Below are positions 27,728 to 38,157 of a DNA stretch of 55,117 nucleotides, piece after piece. The stretch is from the NCBI GenBank assembly GCA_964352775.1, contig CAYGTK010000006.1:1-55117 (forward strand), given 5' to 3'. The DNA is from an uncultured Chitinophagaceae bacterium. GTDB lineage: Bacteria > Bacteroidota > Bacteroidia > Chitinophagales > CAIOSU01. Position numbers and translations under genes: made by a program. Each line of letters opens with the position of its first letter. Within the stretch, counting starts at the first letter, position 1. The notes beneath the pieces were generated by a model. That model was not told where the DNA came from. It worked only from the letters and a program-made list of their open reading frames with translations, and searched no databases.

Positions 27728-28207
27728 ATGAAGACTTACTTGATACTTCCTCTTTTAGCAATTGCCCTACTATTCGGTTTTAACTCTTGCGAAGAAACAG
27801 ACGATAGACCGCAGTCGGTGCAAGACGAAGAGGCGATCACCAATTTTTTGGAAGCCAATAATTTCACTGATAGGGCAACCCGTACTGAAGACGGCTTATA
27901 TTTTGTGATAGATACCCCAGGAACGGGAGCAAGCCCTAACCTTAGTTCTACGGTGATAATTCATTACACAGGTACATTGGTGAGCGATGGTACTATTTTC
28001 GATAGCTCGTATGATAACGGACAACCTGCTACTTTGGCTTTGGGCAATACGATTCAGGGTTGGCAAAAGGGAATTCCATTCTTTAAAAGAGGTGCAAAAG
28101 GCTTTTTGGTAATACCATCAGCACTAGCTTACGGCACTAGTGGAAATGGAAGTATTCCTCCAAACGCAGTCCTTTTATTCGAGATACACCTCATCGATTT
28201 CGTATAG
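27728..28207 (+). CDS. FKBP-type peptidyl-prolyl isomerase, lipoprotein
   Basis: Lipobox FNSC; HYTGTL, FDSSY, IQGWQKG, IPSALAYG and IPPNAVLLFEI. Confidence 0.95.
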   Translation: MKTYLILPLLAIALLFGFNSCEETDDRPQSVQDEEAITNFLEANNFTDRATRTEDGLYFVIDTPGTGASPNLSSTVIIHYTGTLVSDGTIFDSSYDNGQPATLALGNTIQGWQKGIPFFKRGAKGFLVIPSALAYGTSGNGSIPPNAVLLFEIHLIDFV

Positions 28208-28245
28208 CTTTCTCCTCTTAGTTAGCATATTGGTAGCTAAGGTTC

Positions 28246-28253
28246 TATTTTTG
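28246..28253 (+). promoter_or_regulatory. -7 promoter element TATTTTTG, implying a near-leaderless thiL transcript
   Basis: TAnnTTTG match 4 nt before ATG 28258. Confidence 0.5.
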
Positions 28254-28257
28254 CGCC

Positions 28258-29310
28258 ATGGCAGAAGTAAAACGCACAGAAATTGGCGCCTTGGGCGAGT
28301 TTGGATTGATCAAAGTATTGACCGCAGGATTTCCTATTCAACATGATAGTACGATAAAAGGCATAGGCGACGATGCCGCTATTCTAGACCTTAGTGAAGG
28401 TAAAACAGTAGTATCTACCGATATGCTGGTAGAAGGTATACACTTTGATATGATGTATGTTCCTTTAAAGCACTTGGGCTATAAAGCAGTAGTGGTAAAT
28501 CTTTCAGACATCTACGCCATGAACGCTACTCCTAAGCAGATCACCGTTTCATTAGCTATCTCCAATCGCTTTTCAGTAGAAGCTTTAGAAGAAATATATG
28601 AAGGCATAAAGCATGCTTGCGATGTGTACAATGTAGACCTTGTTGGTGGCGATACTACCTCCTCTACTTCTGGTTTGATAATTAGTGTAACTGCAATTGG
28701 AGTGGGTGATAGTAAAAAGATCACTTGTAGAGATACAGCTAAACCTGGCGATCTAATTTGTGTGAGTGGCGACCTAGGCGCTGCTTATTTGGGTTTACAA
28801 CTATTGGAGCGCGAAAAGCAGATCTTTTTAGAGAACCCAGATGTAAAACCAGACCTAGATGACCAGACACACTTAGTAGGTCGTCAATTGAAACCAGAGG
28901 CGCGAAAAGACATTATTCAGATATTGGATGACTTGAAAGTTATTCCTACCAGTATGATAGATGTATCAGATGGACTTTCATCAGAGTTATTGCATATCTG
29001 TATGGATTCTGGTGTAGGCGCTAGAATATATGAAGATGCTGTGCCTATTCAGGAAGACACCTACAACCAAGCCCTAAAGTTTAACCTAGACCCTATTACT
29101 TGTGCATTAAGTGGTGGTGAAGATTATGAGCTGCTTTTTACCATCGACCCTAAGGATAAAATTAAACTACAAGGCATTCTTGAATTAAGTCACATTGGCG
29201 AAATATTAGAGAAAGACAAAGGCATTAAGCTGCATACCAAAGGCGGCAACGTTCACGATATTACAGCCCAAGGTTGGGACCCCTTGTTGAAGGCCGCTAA
29301 GCAGGGTTAA
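28258..29310 (+). CDS. thiL: Thiamine-monophosphate kinase
   Basis: GEFGLI, GIGDDAA, DMLVEGIHF, NLSDIYAM, GGDT, DVSDGL and GGEDYELLFT. Confidence 0.97.
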   Translation: MAEVKRTEIGALGEFGLIKVLTAGFPIQHDSTIKGIGDDAAILDLSEGKTVVSTDMLVEGIHFDMMYVPLKHLGYKAVVVNLSDIYAMNATPKQITVSLAISNRFSVEALEEIYEGIKHACDVYNVDLVGGDTTSSTSGLIISVTAIGVGDSKKITCRDTAKPGDLICVSGDLGAAYLGLQLLEREKQIFLENPDVKPDLDDQTHLVGRQLKPEARKDIIQILDDLKVIPTSMIDVSDGLSSELLHICMDSGVGARIYEDAVPIQEDTYNQALKFNLDPITCALSGGEDYELLFTIDPKDKIKLQGILELSHIGEILEKDKGIKLHTKGGNVHDITAQGWDPLLKAAKQG

Positions 29311-29346
29311 TTTCCAGTACTTTTTTATACTAAACACGTTCTCGCG

Positions 29347-30396
29347 ATGATAGACTTTATAGATGCCAATGTAGTAGCTGCATCCGTTCATAGGGTAGGA
29401 AATAAAGGATTAGAAGAAGCCCTAACCACAAGTGAAAATGCTCTTGATATTGAAGACGCGCACTTAAGAGGCTTGCTGTTAAATTGCTTTAAGGCTCAAT
29501 TTAAAGAGCCTGAATTATTCGAATTTCATCATTCTAGCAATAATACGGGGCTTAATCCACTTTTCAATTATTCAGTATCAGCTTTTGATATGCCCGATGA
29601 ATTCCAGAAGTGTTCCGTACATATGGCTAGGCATTTGTATGAGGTGTCAATGCATCCACAAATAAAAGCAGGTGATCTATTTGTAGTCCGCTTATCCCAT
29701 GTTCGTGTACATGGTGAAAGTACGGAGGCTATCGGGCTGTTCAAGTCAGAAGTAAAAGTGCCTTTCCTGAAATTATTGACCGAATCAAAAGACCAATCGC
29801 TTACCTACGAGGAAGGGATAGCAATAGATAAAGTAGATAAAGCTTGTTTGATATTGGATGAAGACCGCGACACGGGATTGAAAGTATGCGTAAAAGACAA
29901 TACCAATAAAGGAAGCGACGCTCAGTTTTGGCGTGATAACTTCTTACATGTGCAGCCTTGTAACGATGAATTCCACCAAACAAAGGAATTCATGGGTATG
30001 GCGAAAAGCTTTATTACCGACAAGCTGCCTGAGCAATATGAAGTGGAACGAACAGACCAAATGGATCTGCTAAATAAGTCGTTGGCTTTCTTTAAAGAGA
30101 ATGACCACTTTGAGCGGGAAGCTTTCGACCAACAGGTATTGCAGAACCCAGCTGTGATAGAATCCTTTAAAGAGTTTGACAAGGAGATGAATGCTGAGCG
30201 CGAAGCGCCCATGGAAGAGGCCTTCTCCATTTCTAACCTAGCGGTAAAAAAAGAATCGAAAACATTTAAGAGCGTTCTGAAGTTGGATAAGAACTTCCAC
30301 ATTTACGTACATGGAGATCGCGACTTAATAGAACGAGGTTTTGATGATGATAAAGGAATGAAGTACTACAAGGTGTTTTACGACGAGGAACGCTAG
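29347..30396 (+). CDS. Nucleoid-associated protein (NdpA/YejK-like, Bacteroidota type)
   Basis: VHRVGNK, HPQIKAGDL, GLFKSE, FWRDNFL and KSVLKLDKNFHIYVHG. Confidence 0.85.
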   Translation: MIDFIDANVVAASVHRVGNKGLEEALTTSENALDIEDAHLRGLLLNCFKAQFKEPELFEFHHSSNNTGLNPLFNYSVSAFDMPDEFQKCSVHMARHLYEVSMHPQIKAGDLFVVRLSHVRVHGESTEAIGLFKSEVKVPFLKLLTESKDQSLTYEEGIAIDKVDKACLILDEDRDTGLKVCVKDNTNKGSDAQFWRDNFLHVQPCNDEFHQTKEFMGMAKSFITDKLPEQYEVERTDQMDLLNKSLAFFKENDHFEREAFDQQVLQNPAVIESFKEFDKEMNAEREAPMEEAFSISNLAVKKESKTFKSVLKLDKNFHIYVHGDRDLIERGFDDDKGMKYYKVFYDEER

Positions 30397-30397
30397 T

Positions 30398-30895
30398 TTA
30401 CACCTGTTCTTCGCCTTCTTGTTCCTCTTCCTCGGCTACGCGCTTTACATCCCATGTATGGTCGTACAGTAACTCTGCAGATGCTACGAAGTGCGAATAC
30501 GGAAATGATCTACCCCATTCTTCAGGGCTTAATAAAGAAAGTGTATCGGTACCATCTTTCTTTTGATACAAGTAATAGGTGTGGCCCATTATAGGGTCAA
30601 AACGCAAACCCACTTTATATATCTGTTCAGATACTTCTACTCGCTTTTGTAATCCTTTAGCTTGATTAGCTAGTGTTCGCATTTGGTCATACAACTGCTC
30701 CATTTGGCGCTCGGTCTGCTGACGCATGGCTCCCATAGCGCGGCCTTTTATCTTTCCTTGATCCTCTGGCTTAATAGCCACCCCACCTACCGTGTGAGCA
30801 TAAGGTAACAGACCAGGGTTCTCCGTTATCTTATCTGGATCGATCGGATTAACGAACTCTTCTTTCGACTCTGTATTTTTCTTGTCTTCGGCCAT
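30398..30895 (-). CDS. DUF2452 domain protein
   Basis: LLPYAHTVGG, FDPIMGHTYYLY, LSLLSPEEW and DHTW. Confidence 0.85.
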   Translation of the reverse strand: MAEDKKNTESKEEFVNPIDPDKITENPGLLPYAHTVGGVAIKPEDQGKIKGRAMGAMRQQTERQMEQLYDQMRTLANQAKGLQKRVEVSEQIYKVGLRFDPIMGHTYYLYQKKDGTDTLSLLSPEEWGRSFPYSHFVASAELLYDHTWDVKRVAEEEEQEGEEQV

Positions 30896-30954
30896 AAGGC
30901 AAAATTATGCATTTGCGTACGGCAATAGTAACGGGAGAGCTTAAAAAAGGTTGT

Positions 30955-32307
30955 CTATTCGCTGTATTCGTCAATAATACCCCCAGTTAGCCGAAGTAGT
31001 TCGATTTCTGCCTCTTTCACGTCGAACAGGGCTTGTAATTGGCCTAAAGCTGCATTTAGGTACTGTAATTGAATGTTACGATAGTCTAGCGAGTTCAATA
31101 TCCCCACTTTAAATCTTTCTTCCGCCAACTGTAAACTCAGTTCTGCGCTTTGTAAGTTAAGTGATGATATGCCTATCAATTGCTTACGGGTTTGATAGGT
31201 TTTGTATTGCAAGCTCAATTCTTGGTTAAGTTGCAATTTCAACTCATCCACTTGAAGGTTGCCAATACGTTCTTGCACCTTCGCATTCTGTATGTTTCGC
31301 CGTACTTGCAAGCCACCGAATACATTCCAATTCAAAGTGAAATTAGCGTAGTAGCTCTGATTAGTAGTGGTTTGGTTGGTTTCCACCGTCCCTTGACTTG
31401 GGTCAAAAAAGCTCACGGGAAAGTCTTGCGCATAGAAGTAATTCCTGCTGAAATTGATACCAGTGATCAAGGATAAGGTAGGTGACTGGGAACGCTTAGC
31501 CAATTGCAATTCCTTTTTAAAAATAGAAGCATTTACAAACTGGTTTCGCAAAGTGGCATTGCTACCGCTCATTTGCTGCTGCAGTTCCAAAAGATCAAAG
31601 TCACGAGTGTTTATGGCAATGCTATCCGTAAGGGTATATACGTCCTTACTTTCATCAGCCATTATTAGCTTAAGGTTATTTAGCGACTGTTCTAAAGCTA
31701 TTTCTTGTAGCAAATAGTTCGTAGAATCGGTCAAATAGGCCGTACGGAATTGTAGGGCTTCAAAAGTAGTGCTTACTCCAAGCTCACGTCGTTCCTCTTC
31801 ATAGGCATATCGGTCTGAGGAAAGGCGCATCAGCTTGGTCAATACATCCAAGCGTTCTTGCTGTAACCGTGCGCCATAGTATGCTAATATAGTGGCCTGC
31901 ACGGTGTTTTCTACTATTATAGTTGCATTGCCCTCGCTCTGTGCTTGAAGCAGTTCTAGTCGGTCTTTATTGACATACATCTGCAGGCCGTTGAACAGTA
32001 CCCAATTGGCCTCTACCACTCCACCTAAAGGAATATTTCTGCTGGGGAAATTCTGAATAGGGTTCAATGGATTATTCGGCACGGAATAATTCACATTGGC
32101 TGAACCTCGCGTGGCAATGCTAGGGGCAATACCTGTGGCCAACCAAGTATTGTTTCGTCCAGCAATATCTACTCGCTCTTGTGCTATTTGTACTTGGTAG
32201 TTATTCTGCAAAGCCATTTCTACCGACTCCATTAGCGATAATGGGGTTTGCGCAGTTAGTACACTGCACAACAGTACTAGTATTGCTATTAAACTATTCG
32301 TTCTCAC
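30955..32307 (-). CDS. TolC family outer-membrane efflux protein
   Basis: LSL...VEMALQNN, two OEP repeats, AEERFKVG; last gene of the RND operon. Confidence 0.93.
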   Translation of the reverse strand: MRTNSLIAILVLLCSVLTAQTPLSLMESVEMALQNNYQVQIAQERVDIAGRNNTWLATGIAPSIATRGSANVNYSVPNNPLNPIQNFPSRNIPLGGVVEANWVLFNGLQMYVNKDRLELLQAQSEGNATIIVENTVQATILAYYGARLQQERLDVLTKLMRLSSDRYAYEEERRELGVSTTFEALQFRTAYLTDSTNYLLQEIALEQSLNNLKLIMADESKDVYTLTDSIAINTRDFDLLELQQQMSGSNATLRNQFVNASIFKKELQLAKRSQSPTLSLITGINFSRNYFYAQDFPVSFFDPSQGTVETNQTTTNQSYYANFTLNWNVFGGLQVRRNIQNAKVQERIGNLQVDELKLQLNQELSLQYKTYQTRKQLIGISSLNLQSAELSLQLAEERFKVGILNSLDYRNIQLQYLNAALGQLQALFDVKEAEIELLRLTGGIIDEYSE

Positions 32308-35300
32308 CTGCCTGTAGTTCTTTTAGTTTACGCATAGTAGGTTCCACTTCTTCAGGTGTAGGCCATTCGCCCTTCATTACCCACCAATTGAATCGACGCA
32401 GATAATTTACACCGATGATGAAAGCAGGGTAATAAGTTAAGATCAAGAACGTGCCTATCAACACTCCATATGCTACCGAAATAGCCATTGGCACTAGGAA
32501 TTGTGCCTGTGTGCTTTTCTCTAGTATCAATGGATAAAGCCCAGCAACGGTAGTCACCGAAGTCAAAATAATAGGCCTAAATCTTGAAATACCCGTGTGA
32601 TATAAGGCATCGCGGAAACCCATACCCTCTTTAAGAGAGGTGTTGAATTTATCAGTAAACACCACAGCATCGTTCACAATAACACCAGCCAAGGCTATAA
32701 TACCATAGGTACTCAAAATTGACATTGGCTTGCCTTCGATAAAGTGCCCGAATGCGGCACAGAAATAACCCAAGATGACCAAGTGAATGATCATATAAGA
32801 TTGCGTAAAGGAATTGAACACCAATGCGATCAATAAGACGATAAGTATCAAGATGATAGGTCCCGCAGTGGCTATGGAGGCTGCCATTTTATTACTCTCT
32901 TGCTGCTGACCCTTAAAAGCGAAGCGCACATTGGGGTAATTGGCAAGAATTCCCGGTAAAATTTCTGTTTCTATCTTATTTAAAAGATCTGGAACGGGTT
33001 CGTTAGGGTCTTTTACATCTGCCTCAATGGTGATCTCTTTCGCAGCATCACGGTGACTGATGGAAACCAGACCCCGCTCAATTTGATAATCGACCAATTG
33101 GCTCAGTGGATACTCTTGTCCCTGTATGGTGCGGATTTTCATATCCTCTAATTGGCCCAGGCTCTTTCTATCTTCTGCAGCATAGCGGGTCCAAACACGA
33201 ACCTCGTCATCTCCTTTTTGCAGACGCTGTATTTCTTGACCAAAGAAACCTTGCCGTATCTGGCGTGCAATATCGTTATGCGTTAAGCCAAGTAGGTAGG
33301 CTTCGTTTTTAAGTTGTATCAGTATTTCCCGTCTACCTACTACGTAGTTATCCGTAATGTTGGTTAGCGCAGTGAAATTCTGAAGATCAGCTTTAAGAGA
33401 GTCTCTTACGGCTAATAGGTCGTCTAAATTTTTGCTGGTAAGTGAGACGTTCACTGCTTTACCAAATATCTGGCGAGTACCTACCACCAATTTATCAGCT
33501 TCTGGTATAAGCCCAATGGCTTCCCGTAGCGCTTGCGAAACGGTAGAGCTTTTCAGCTCACCACGCTGCTCTCCAGTTAATATTTTTACTGTTAACACTC
33601 CAGTATGGCTACCAGATTCGCCCAAAGCACTACCTATATCTCGTTTAATACTTTCAATGACTGACTTATCGGAATTTTCCGATAGTTTCTCATTGGTAGA
33701 CCAGATTTTGTTTTCTAAATCTATCAAAAGGTCTTCCGTAACATTCTCACGAACACCTGGTGGAAGCACCAGCGAAACAGAAATTTCATCACGATCAATA
33801 TCTGGGAATATCACTTGTGTAATCACCCCGCCACTTATCATACCCACTGTAGTTAATACGAATAAGAAGGTAACCGCAATAGTTATCGGCCAATTATTGA
33901 TACAAAGCTTTAAGAACGGCCCAAAAATATTGTCGCGCAAGAAGTTCTGCCATTTCTCAATGAATGCCCTTATGCGTCCAGGTTTTTCTCTTGAAAGCCC
34001 TTTGGAATAAGCTAAGTGACTTGGAAGTACTATTAACGCATCAACTAAGGAGAAGGCCAAACAAGCTATAACCACAATAGCCATTTCACGAACGAATTCC
34101 CCTAACCTACCATCTAAAAAAAATATGAGCGAGAAGGCAAGAATGGTCGTCATTACTGAAGCTACTACCGGTGCAATTACCTCTACGGTTCCGTCTACCG
34201 CTGCCTGAAATCTTGACTTACCTCGTTCGTAGTGGGCGAAAACGTTCTCTGCTACTACAATTCCATCATCCACCAAAATACCTATCACTAGTATCATCCC
34301 GAAAAGGGAAATCATATTGATGGTAACCCCCATTAAGGAGGCCACAAAAAACATTCCGAAGAAACTTAGCGGAATGGAAAAAGCGACCCAAAAAGAAAGG
34401 CGAACACTCAAAAACAGCCCTAAGGTGATAAGCACCATCAAAAGGCCAATAGAGCCATTTTCAATCAACAAGTTCAAGCGCTGCTTCAAAAAGTCTGACT
34501 GATCCTTTTGTACTATTATCTCCATGCTGCTATTTCTAGCATTGAATGTGCGTACATAATCTTTTACGTAATCAGTAATTTGAACGACGTCTTCTTCAGG
34601 TAGCTTCTGAACATTTATGCCCACGGCATTTTCGCCATCGTACATTGTTTTGTTGGGTGTTTCAGAAAAGCGTTCTTCTACTTTAGCTACGTCTTTAATA
34701 CGGATTACGCTACCATCGGTATTGGTGCGAAGTATGATGTTGGCAATCTCCTCGGGAGCATAGCGCTTGGCATTAGAGCGAATAATCACTTCTTCCGATT
34801 CGGAGCGAATAGTTCCTCCTGATATGTCTTGGTTATTTCTACTTACTGCGTTTGAAATATCATCGAAGGTCAGGTTGAAGCGCTTTAACGTGGTTTCATT
34901 AACATCTATCGAAATTTCAAGCTCTGGATAACCCGTTAAGGCTATCTGAGAGATAAAACCAGTACTTAAAAAGTCGTCCTCGGTATTTTCTGCTGTTCGT
35001 TTTAATTCTTGTAAATCGACATCACCTTTTAGTATAAGGCTAATTGCATCCCCAGGTATATCTTGTATGAAGATAACAGGCTTTTCCGCATCTACTGGGA
35101 AAGAATTTATCTTGTCTACTGCGTTTTTTACGTCGGTTAGTTTGGAGTCAACGTCATAATCCTTCTTTACCTCAATGGTAATAATCGCCAAGTTTTCAGT
35201 CGATATGGAGGTTATCTCTTCAATGCCTTCTTCACCAGCTAAGGCGTCTTCCACCTTTAGGGTTACCCCTTCCTCCATCTCTTCTGGCGAAGCACCAGGG

Positions 35301-35581
35301 TACACTACTTGAACTTGTATTATACGAGATGTTAACTCCGGAAAAAAAGACTTTTTTAAGCCTGGCAGCTGAATGCTGGGCACCATATACACCTCTTTAC
35401 CAAACAGGCTGGCTACAGGTTCTTCTAGCCCGTAGCGTTCTTTCTCGGCAAAGTCGGCATCTACTATTTTGGGTAATGAAATATTGAAGCCCGAACTGAA
35501 TAAGCCGAACACCAAAATGATAATAATGACCACATTAGACCAAATGGGATTGCGGACGAAAAATGTCATTAAGCCCCTCAT
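32294..35581 (-). CDS. RND efflux permease (AcrB/AcrD/AcrF family)
   Basis: YPGASPEE, INMISLFG, GILVDDGIVVAEN, RFRPIILTSVTT and PMAISVAYG. Confidence 0.96.
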   Translation of the reverse strand: MRGLMTFFVRNPIWSNVVIIIILVFGLFSSGFNISLPKIVDADFAEKERYGLEEPVASLFGKEVYMVPSIQLPGLKKSFFPELTSRIIQVQVVYPGASPEEMEEGVTLKVEDALAGEEGIEEITSISTENLAIITIEVKKDYDVDSKLTDVKNAVDKINSFPVDAEKPVIFIQDIPGDAISLILKGDVDLQELKRTAENTEDDFLSTGFISQIALTGYPELEISIDVNETTLKRFNLTFDDISNAVSRNNQDISGGTIRSESEEVIIRSNAKRYAPEEIANIILRTNTDGSVIRIKDVAKVEERFSETPNKTMYDGENAVGINVQKLPEEDVVQITDYVKDYVRTFNARNSSMEIIVQKDQSDFLKQRLNLLIENGSIGLLMVLITLGLFLSVRLSFWVAFSIPLSFFGMFFVASLMGVTINMISLFGMILVIGILVDDGIVVAENVFAHYERGKSRFQAAVDGTVEVIAPVVASVMTTILAFSLIFFLDGRLGEFVREMAIVVIACLAFSLVDALIVLPSHLAYSKGLSREKPGRIRAFIEKWQNFLRDNIFGPFLKLCINNWPITIAVTFLFVLTTVGMISGGVITQVIFPDIDRDEISVSLVLPPGVRENVTEDLLIDLENKIWSTNEKLSENSDKSVIESIKRDIGSALGESGSHTGVLTVKILTGEQRGELKSSTVSQALREAIGLIPEADKLVVGTRQIFGKAVNVSLTSKNLDDLLAVRDSLKADLQNFTALTNITDNYVVGRREILIQLKNEAYLLGLTHNDIARQIRQGFFGQEIQRLQKGDDEVRVWTRYAAEDRKSLGQLEDMKIRTIQGQEYPLSQLVDYQIERGLVSISHRDAAKEITIEADVKDPNEPVPDLLNKIETEILPGILANYPNVRFAFKGQQQESNKMAASIATAGPIILILIVLLIALVFNSFTQSYMIIHLVILGYFCAAFGHFIEGKPMSILSTYGIIALAGVIVNDAVVFTDKFNTSLKEGMGFRDALYHTGISRFRPIILTSVTTVAGLYPLILEKSTQAQFLVPMAISVAYGVLIGTFLILTYYPAFIIGVNYLRRFNWWVMKGEWPTPEEVEPTMRKLKELQAGENE

Positions 35582-36714
35582 TACTCTGCTGAAGCATTTA
35601 TAGGTTCTACAGTCATATCTTCTTTGGCATTCACCAGCGGTTCAACCACTACGGAGGTTCCTTTCGGTAGGCCTTTTATAATAGCGGCATCGGGGTTTAG
35701 CTTTACCACATTTACTTTCATAGCTGCTAATGTGGTGTCTTTTACTGTCCAAACTCGTTCGTTAGTGAGTAGGGCCTTTCGCGGTATTTCATAAGCATCT
35801 TCTACGTCTGGTCCAGAGATGTTTACATCTAAGTACATACCTTCATAGAGAGGCACATCGTTACTCTTCAACTCCACGAAAACCGAGATGGATTGGGTAG
35901 CGGCATCTAATCTATCGCCTATTCTTATTACCCTGCCTGTCCATTTTTGTCCTTCTCCATTTTCAGCCGTGGCTACTGCATACCTGCTCAACCATTTCGC
36001 ATCGCTGGCTGGTAAGGGCACTTCTATTTCTAATCCACCTCCTGTTTGTATAATGGTGGCTATGGCTACTCCAGGGTTAGCGGTTGCTCCTACTTCAAAT
36101 TGAACCATGGAAAAAGTACCGCTGAATGGCGCATAAAAAGAGTGTTTACTCAATCGCTCTTCCGCACTCTTAATGGTATAGTATTGGTTTAGAATACTAC
36201 GACTGGCTATAAAGGTTTTCAGCTTGGGGTCGCTTAGGTCAGGTAGTTCGGCAAAGTTCTTTGTTACATCTAATGCATTAAAAAATTGCTGCCATTGGGG
36301 ATATACGCTAGCGTAGTCAATTTTAATATCAGGCAAAGCACCTGCAACAAGGTTCAAGAACTGGCTTTTTTGGGCAGAAAGAGAAAACTTAGCTTCTGTA
36401 TTATCGATACGGAAAAGTAATTGCCCCTTTTTGAACGACCGACCTTTTTTAAGAGGTACTTGACCTTCTAATAGTTTACCCTGTACTTCTGATAATAATG
36501 CTACCGAGCGTCCCGAAACTACTCGGCCACTTCCAAATATCTCTACGGCTACAGTACTAAGTTTCACCTCATCTACTTTAACATACTGTTTTGCCGCCTT
36601 AAATTCCTTTACTGGCGGGTCCGTTTTTAGGCTGGTAAGCCCTTTCATCACGAAAACACCAATAACGATTATAATGACCGCAACAACGGCTCTAACGATG
36701 GATATGGGTTTCAT
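35581..36714 (-). CDS. RND periplasmic adaptor (membrane fusion protein)
   Basis: N-terminal anchor, EVQGKL..FKKGQLL, APFSG and LYEGMY. Confidence 0.93.
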   Translation of the reverse strand: MKPISIVRAVVAVIIIVIGVFVMKGLTSLKTDPPVKEFKAAKQYVKVDEVKLSTVAVEIFGSGRVVSGRSVALLSEVQGKLLEGQVPLKKGRSFKKGQLLFRIDNTEAKFSLSAQKSQFLNLVAGALPDIKIDYASVYPQWQQFFNALDVTKNFAELPDLSDPKLKTFIASRSILNQYYTIKSAEERLSKHSFYAPFSGTFSMVQFEVGATANPGVAIATIIQTGGGLEIEVPLPASDAKWLSRYAVATAENGEGQKWTGRVIRIGDRLDAATQSISVFVELKSNDVPLYEGMYLDVNISGPDVEDAYEIPRKALLTNERVWTVKDTTLAAMKVNVVKLNPDAAIIKGLPKGTSVVVEPLVNAKEDMTVEPINASAE

Positions 36715-36760
36715 AGATTACCGTATCTATTTGTTTATACATGGAAAGTTAGGCTAAGAG

Positions 36761-36836
36761 CAAAAGTAAAGATTTAGTTCACTTCACAGGCCTATTAAAC
36801 TGGCAGTTGGCTGATATGTTCGTACAGTTGGTCGAT
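36761..36836 (-). promoter_or_regulatory. Efflux operon promoter (-7 TACTTTTG at 36768-36761) with upstream 21-bp-spaced direct repeat (LytTR-like)
   Basis: cagttggctgat (36804) and cagttggtcgat (36825). A divergent TACTTTTG for lhgO lies at 36856-36863. Confidence 0.5.
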
Positions 36837-36867
36837 GTTTTACAAGCAAAGCGTTTACTTTTGATAA

Positions 36868-38067
36868 ATGCGGTACGATGTAGTGATAGTTGGTGCAGGA
36901 GCAGTAGGGTTGGCTACAGCCTATTCTTTATTGAAGAACAGACCGAATACCAAGCTAGCTATTATTGAAAAGGAAGATAGAGTTGCTGCCCACCAAACGG
37001 GTAAAAATAGTGGGGTTATCCATTCAGGCATTTACTACCGACCAGGGAGTTTGAAAGCCAAGAATTGTGTGGAAGGTTATGGCATGTTACTTCATTTTTG
37101 TGAAGAGTATGGAATAGACTACGATCTCTGTGGGAAGATCATTCTAGCGACGGATAAATGGGAACTACCAATACTGAATGACATATTAGATAAGGGAATA
37201 AAGAATGGCCTGACCGATCTTGAAATAATAGGCCCTGAACAGATAGCTGAAATAGAACCCCACGCTAAAGGTATTAGGGCTATAAAAGTACCGCAAACAG
37301 GTATTATTGACTATAAAGCTGTATGCAGAAAGCTGCATGAATTAGTAGCGGAAATGGGTGGTGAATTCCACTTTGGAGAAAAAGTGAAGGATATTCAGAA
37401 AGACAGTGAGGGCAATAAGGTGGTTACAGATAATAATACATTCTATTGCCAACTGCTTATTAATTGTGCGGGACTGTATTCTGATCACCTAGCCAAAATG
37501 AGCGGGCAGAAGATCGATTTTCAGATCATTCCATTTCGGGGAGAATATTATAAGTTTAAGGAAGAGCGAAAGCATTTAGTTAAGCATTTAATATATCCCG
37601 TACCTGACCCGAATTTCCCATGGTTAGGTGTGCACTTTACAAGAATGATGGATGGTGCTATGGAGGCTGGCCCCAATGCTGTGCTAGCTTTTAAAAGAGA
37701 GGGTTATGAGAAGAGTGATATAGACCTGAAAGAGTTAAGCGAAATATTCGGTTGGGGGGGGTTTAGAAAAATGGCCTTTAAGTATTGGAAAGCAGGATTG
37801 TCAGAAATGTACCGAAGTTATAGTAAGGGGGCTTTTGTAAAAGCATTGCAACGATTGGTTCCTGAGGTAACAGCAAATGACTTAGAGCCAGCCCCTGCTG
37901 GTGTGCGTGCCCTAGCATGTGGAAGGAACGGTGAATTATTGGATGACTTTTTAATACTAGAAGGTAAAGGAATAATCGATGTGGGAAACGCTCCATCGCC
38001 GGCTGCTACGTCTTGCCTGGCTATTGGTAAAAGCATTATGGAAAAAGCCGTTCGTCAACTCCAATAA
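36868..38067 (+). CDS. lhgO: L-2-hydroxyglutarate oxidase
   Basis: GAGAVG, HQTGKNSGVIHSGIYYRPGSLKA, PFRGEY, IYPVPDP, GVHFT and NAPSPAATS. Confidence 0.95.
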   Translation: MRYDVVIVGAGAVGLATAYSLLKNRPNTKLAIIEKEDRVAAHQTGKNSGVIHSGIYYRPGSLKAKNCVEGYGMLLHFCEEYGIDYDLCGKIILATDKWELPILNDILDKGIKNGLTDLEIIGPEQIAEIEPHAKGIRAIKVPQTGIIDYKAVCRKLHELVAEMGGEFHFGEKVKDIQKDSEGNKVVTDNNTFYCQLLINCAGLYSDHLAKMSGQKIDFQIIPFRGEYYKFKEERKHLVKHLIYPVPDPNFPWLGVHFTRMMDGAMEAGPNAVLAFKREGYEKSDIDLKELSEIFGWGGFRKMAFKYWKAGLSEMYRSYSKGAFVKALQRLVPEVTANDLEPAPAGVRALACGRNGELLDDFLILEGKGIIDVGNAPSPAATSCLAIGKSIMEKAVRQLQ

Positions 38068-38071
38068 AAAT

Positions 38072-38109
38072 AAAACAGGCGCAGTGATGATGAGTCCTGC
38101 GCCTGTTTT
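38072..38109. terminator. Bidirectional intrinsic terminator-like hairpin
   Basis: Perfect 13-bp inverted repeat aaaacaggcgcag/ctgcgcctgtttt between convergent genes. Confidence 0.75.
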
Positions 38110-38157
38110 CGACGAGAGTGCTATGACTATAGCAAGAAATGATGAGTATTCTTTTTT

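Noticed and set aside
33432-34010. 192-aa antisense ORF and other shadow ORFs in the track
   Set aside because: They lie wholly opposite or inside well-supported genes and show no motifs.
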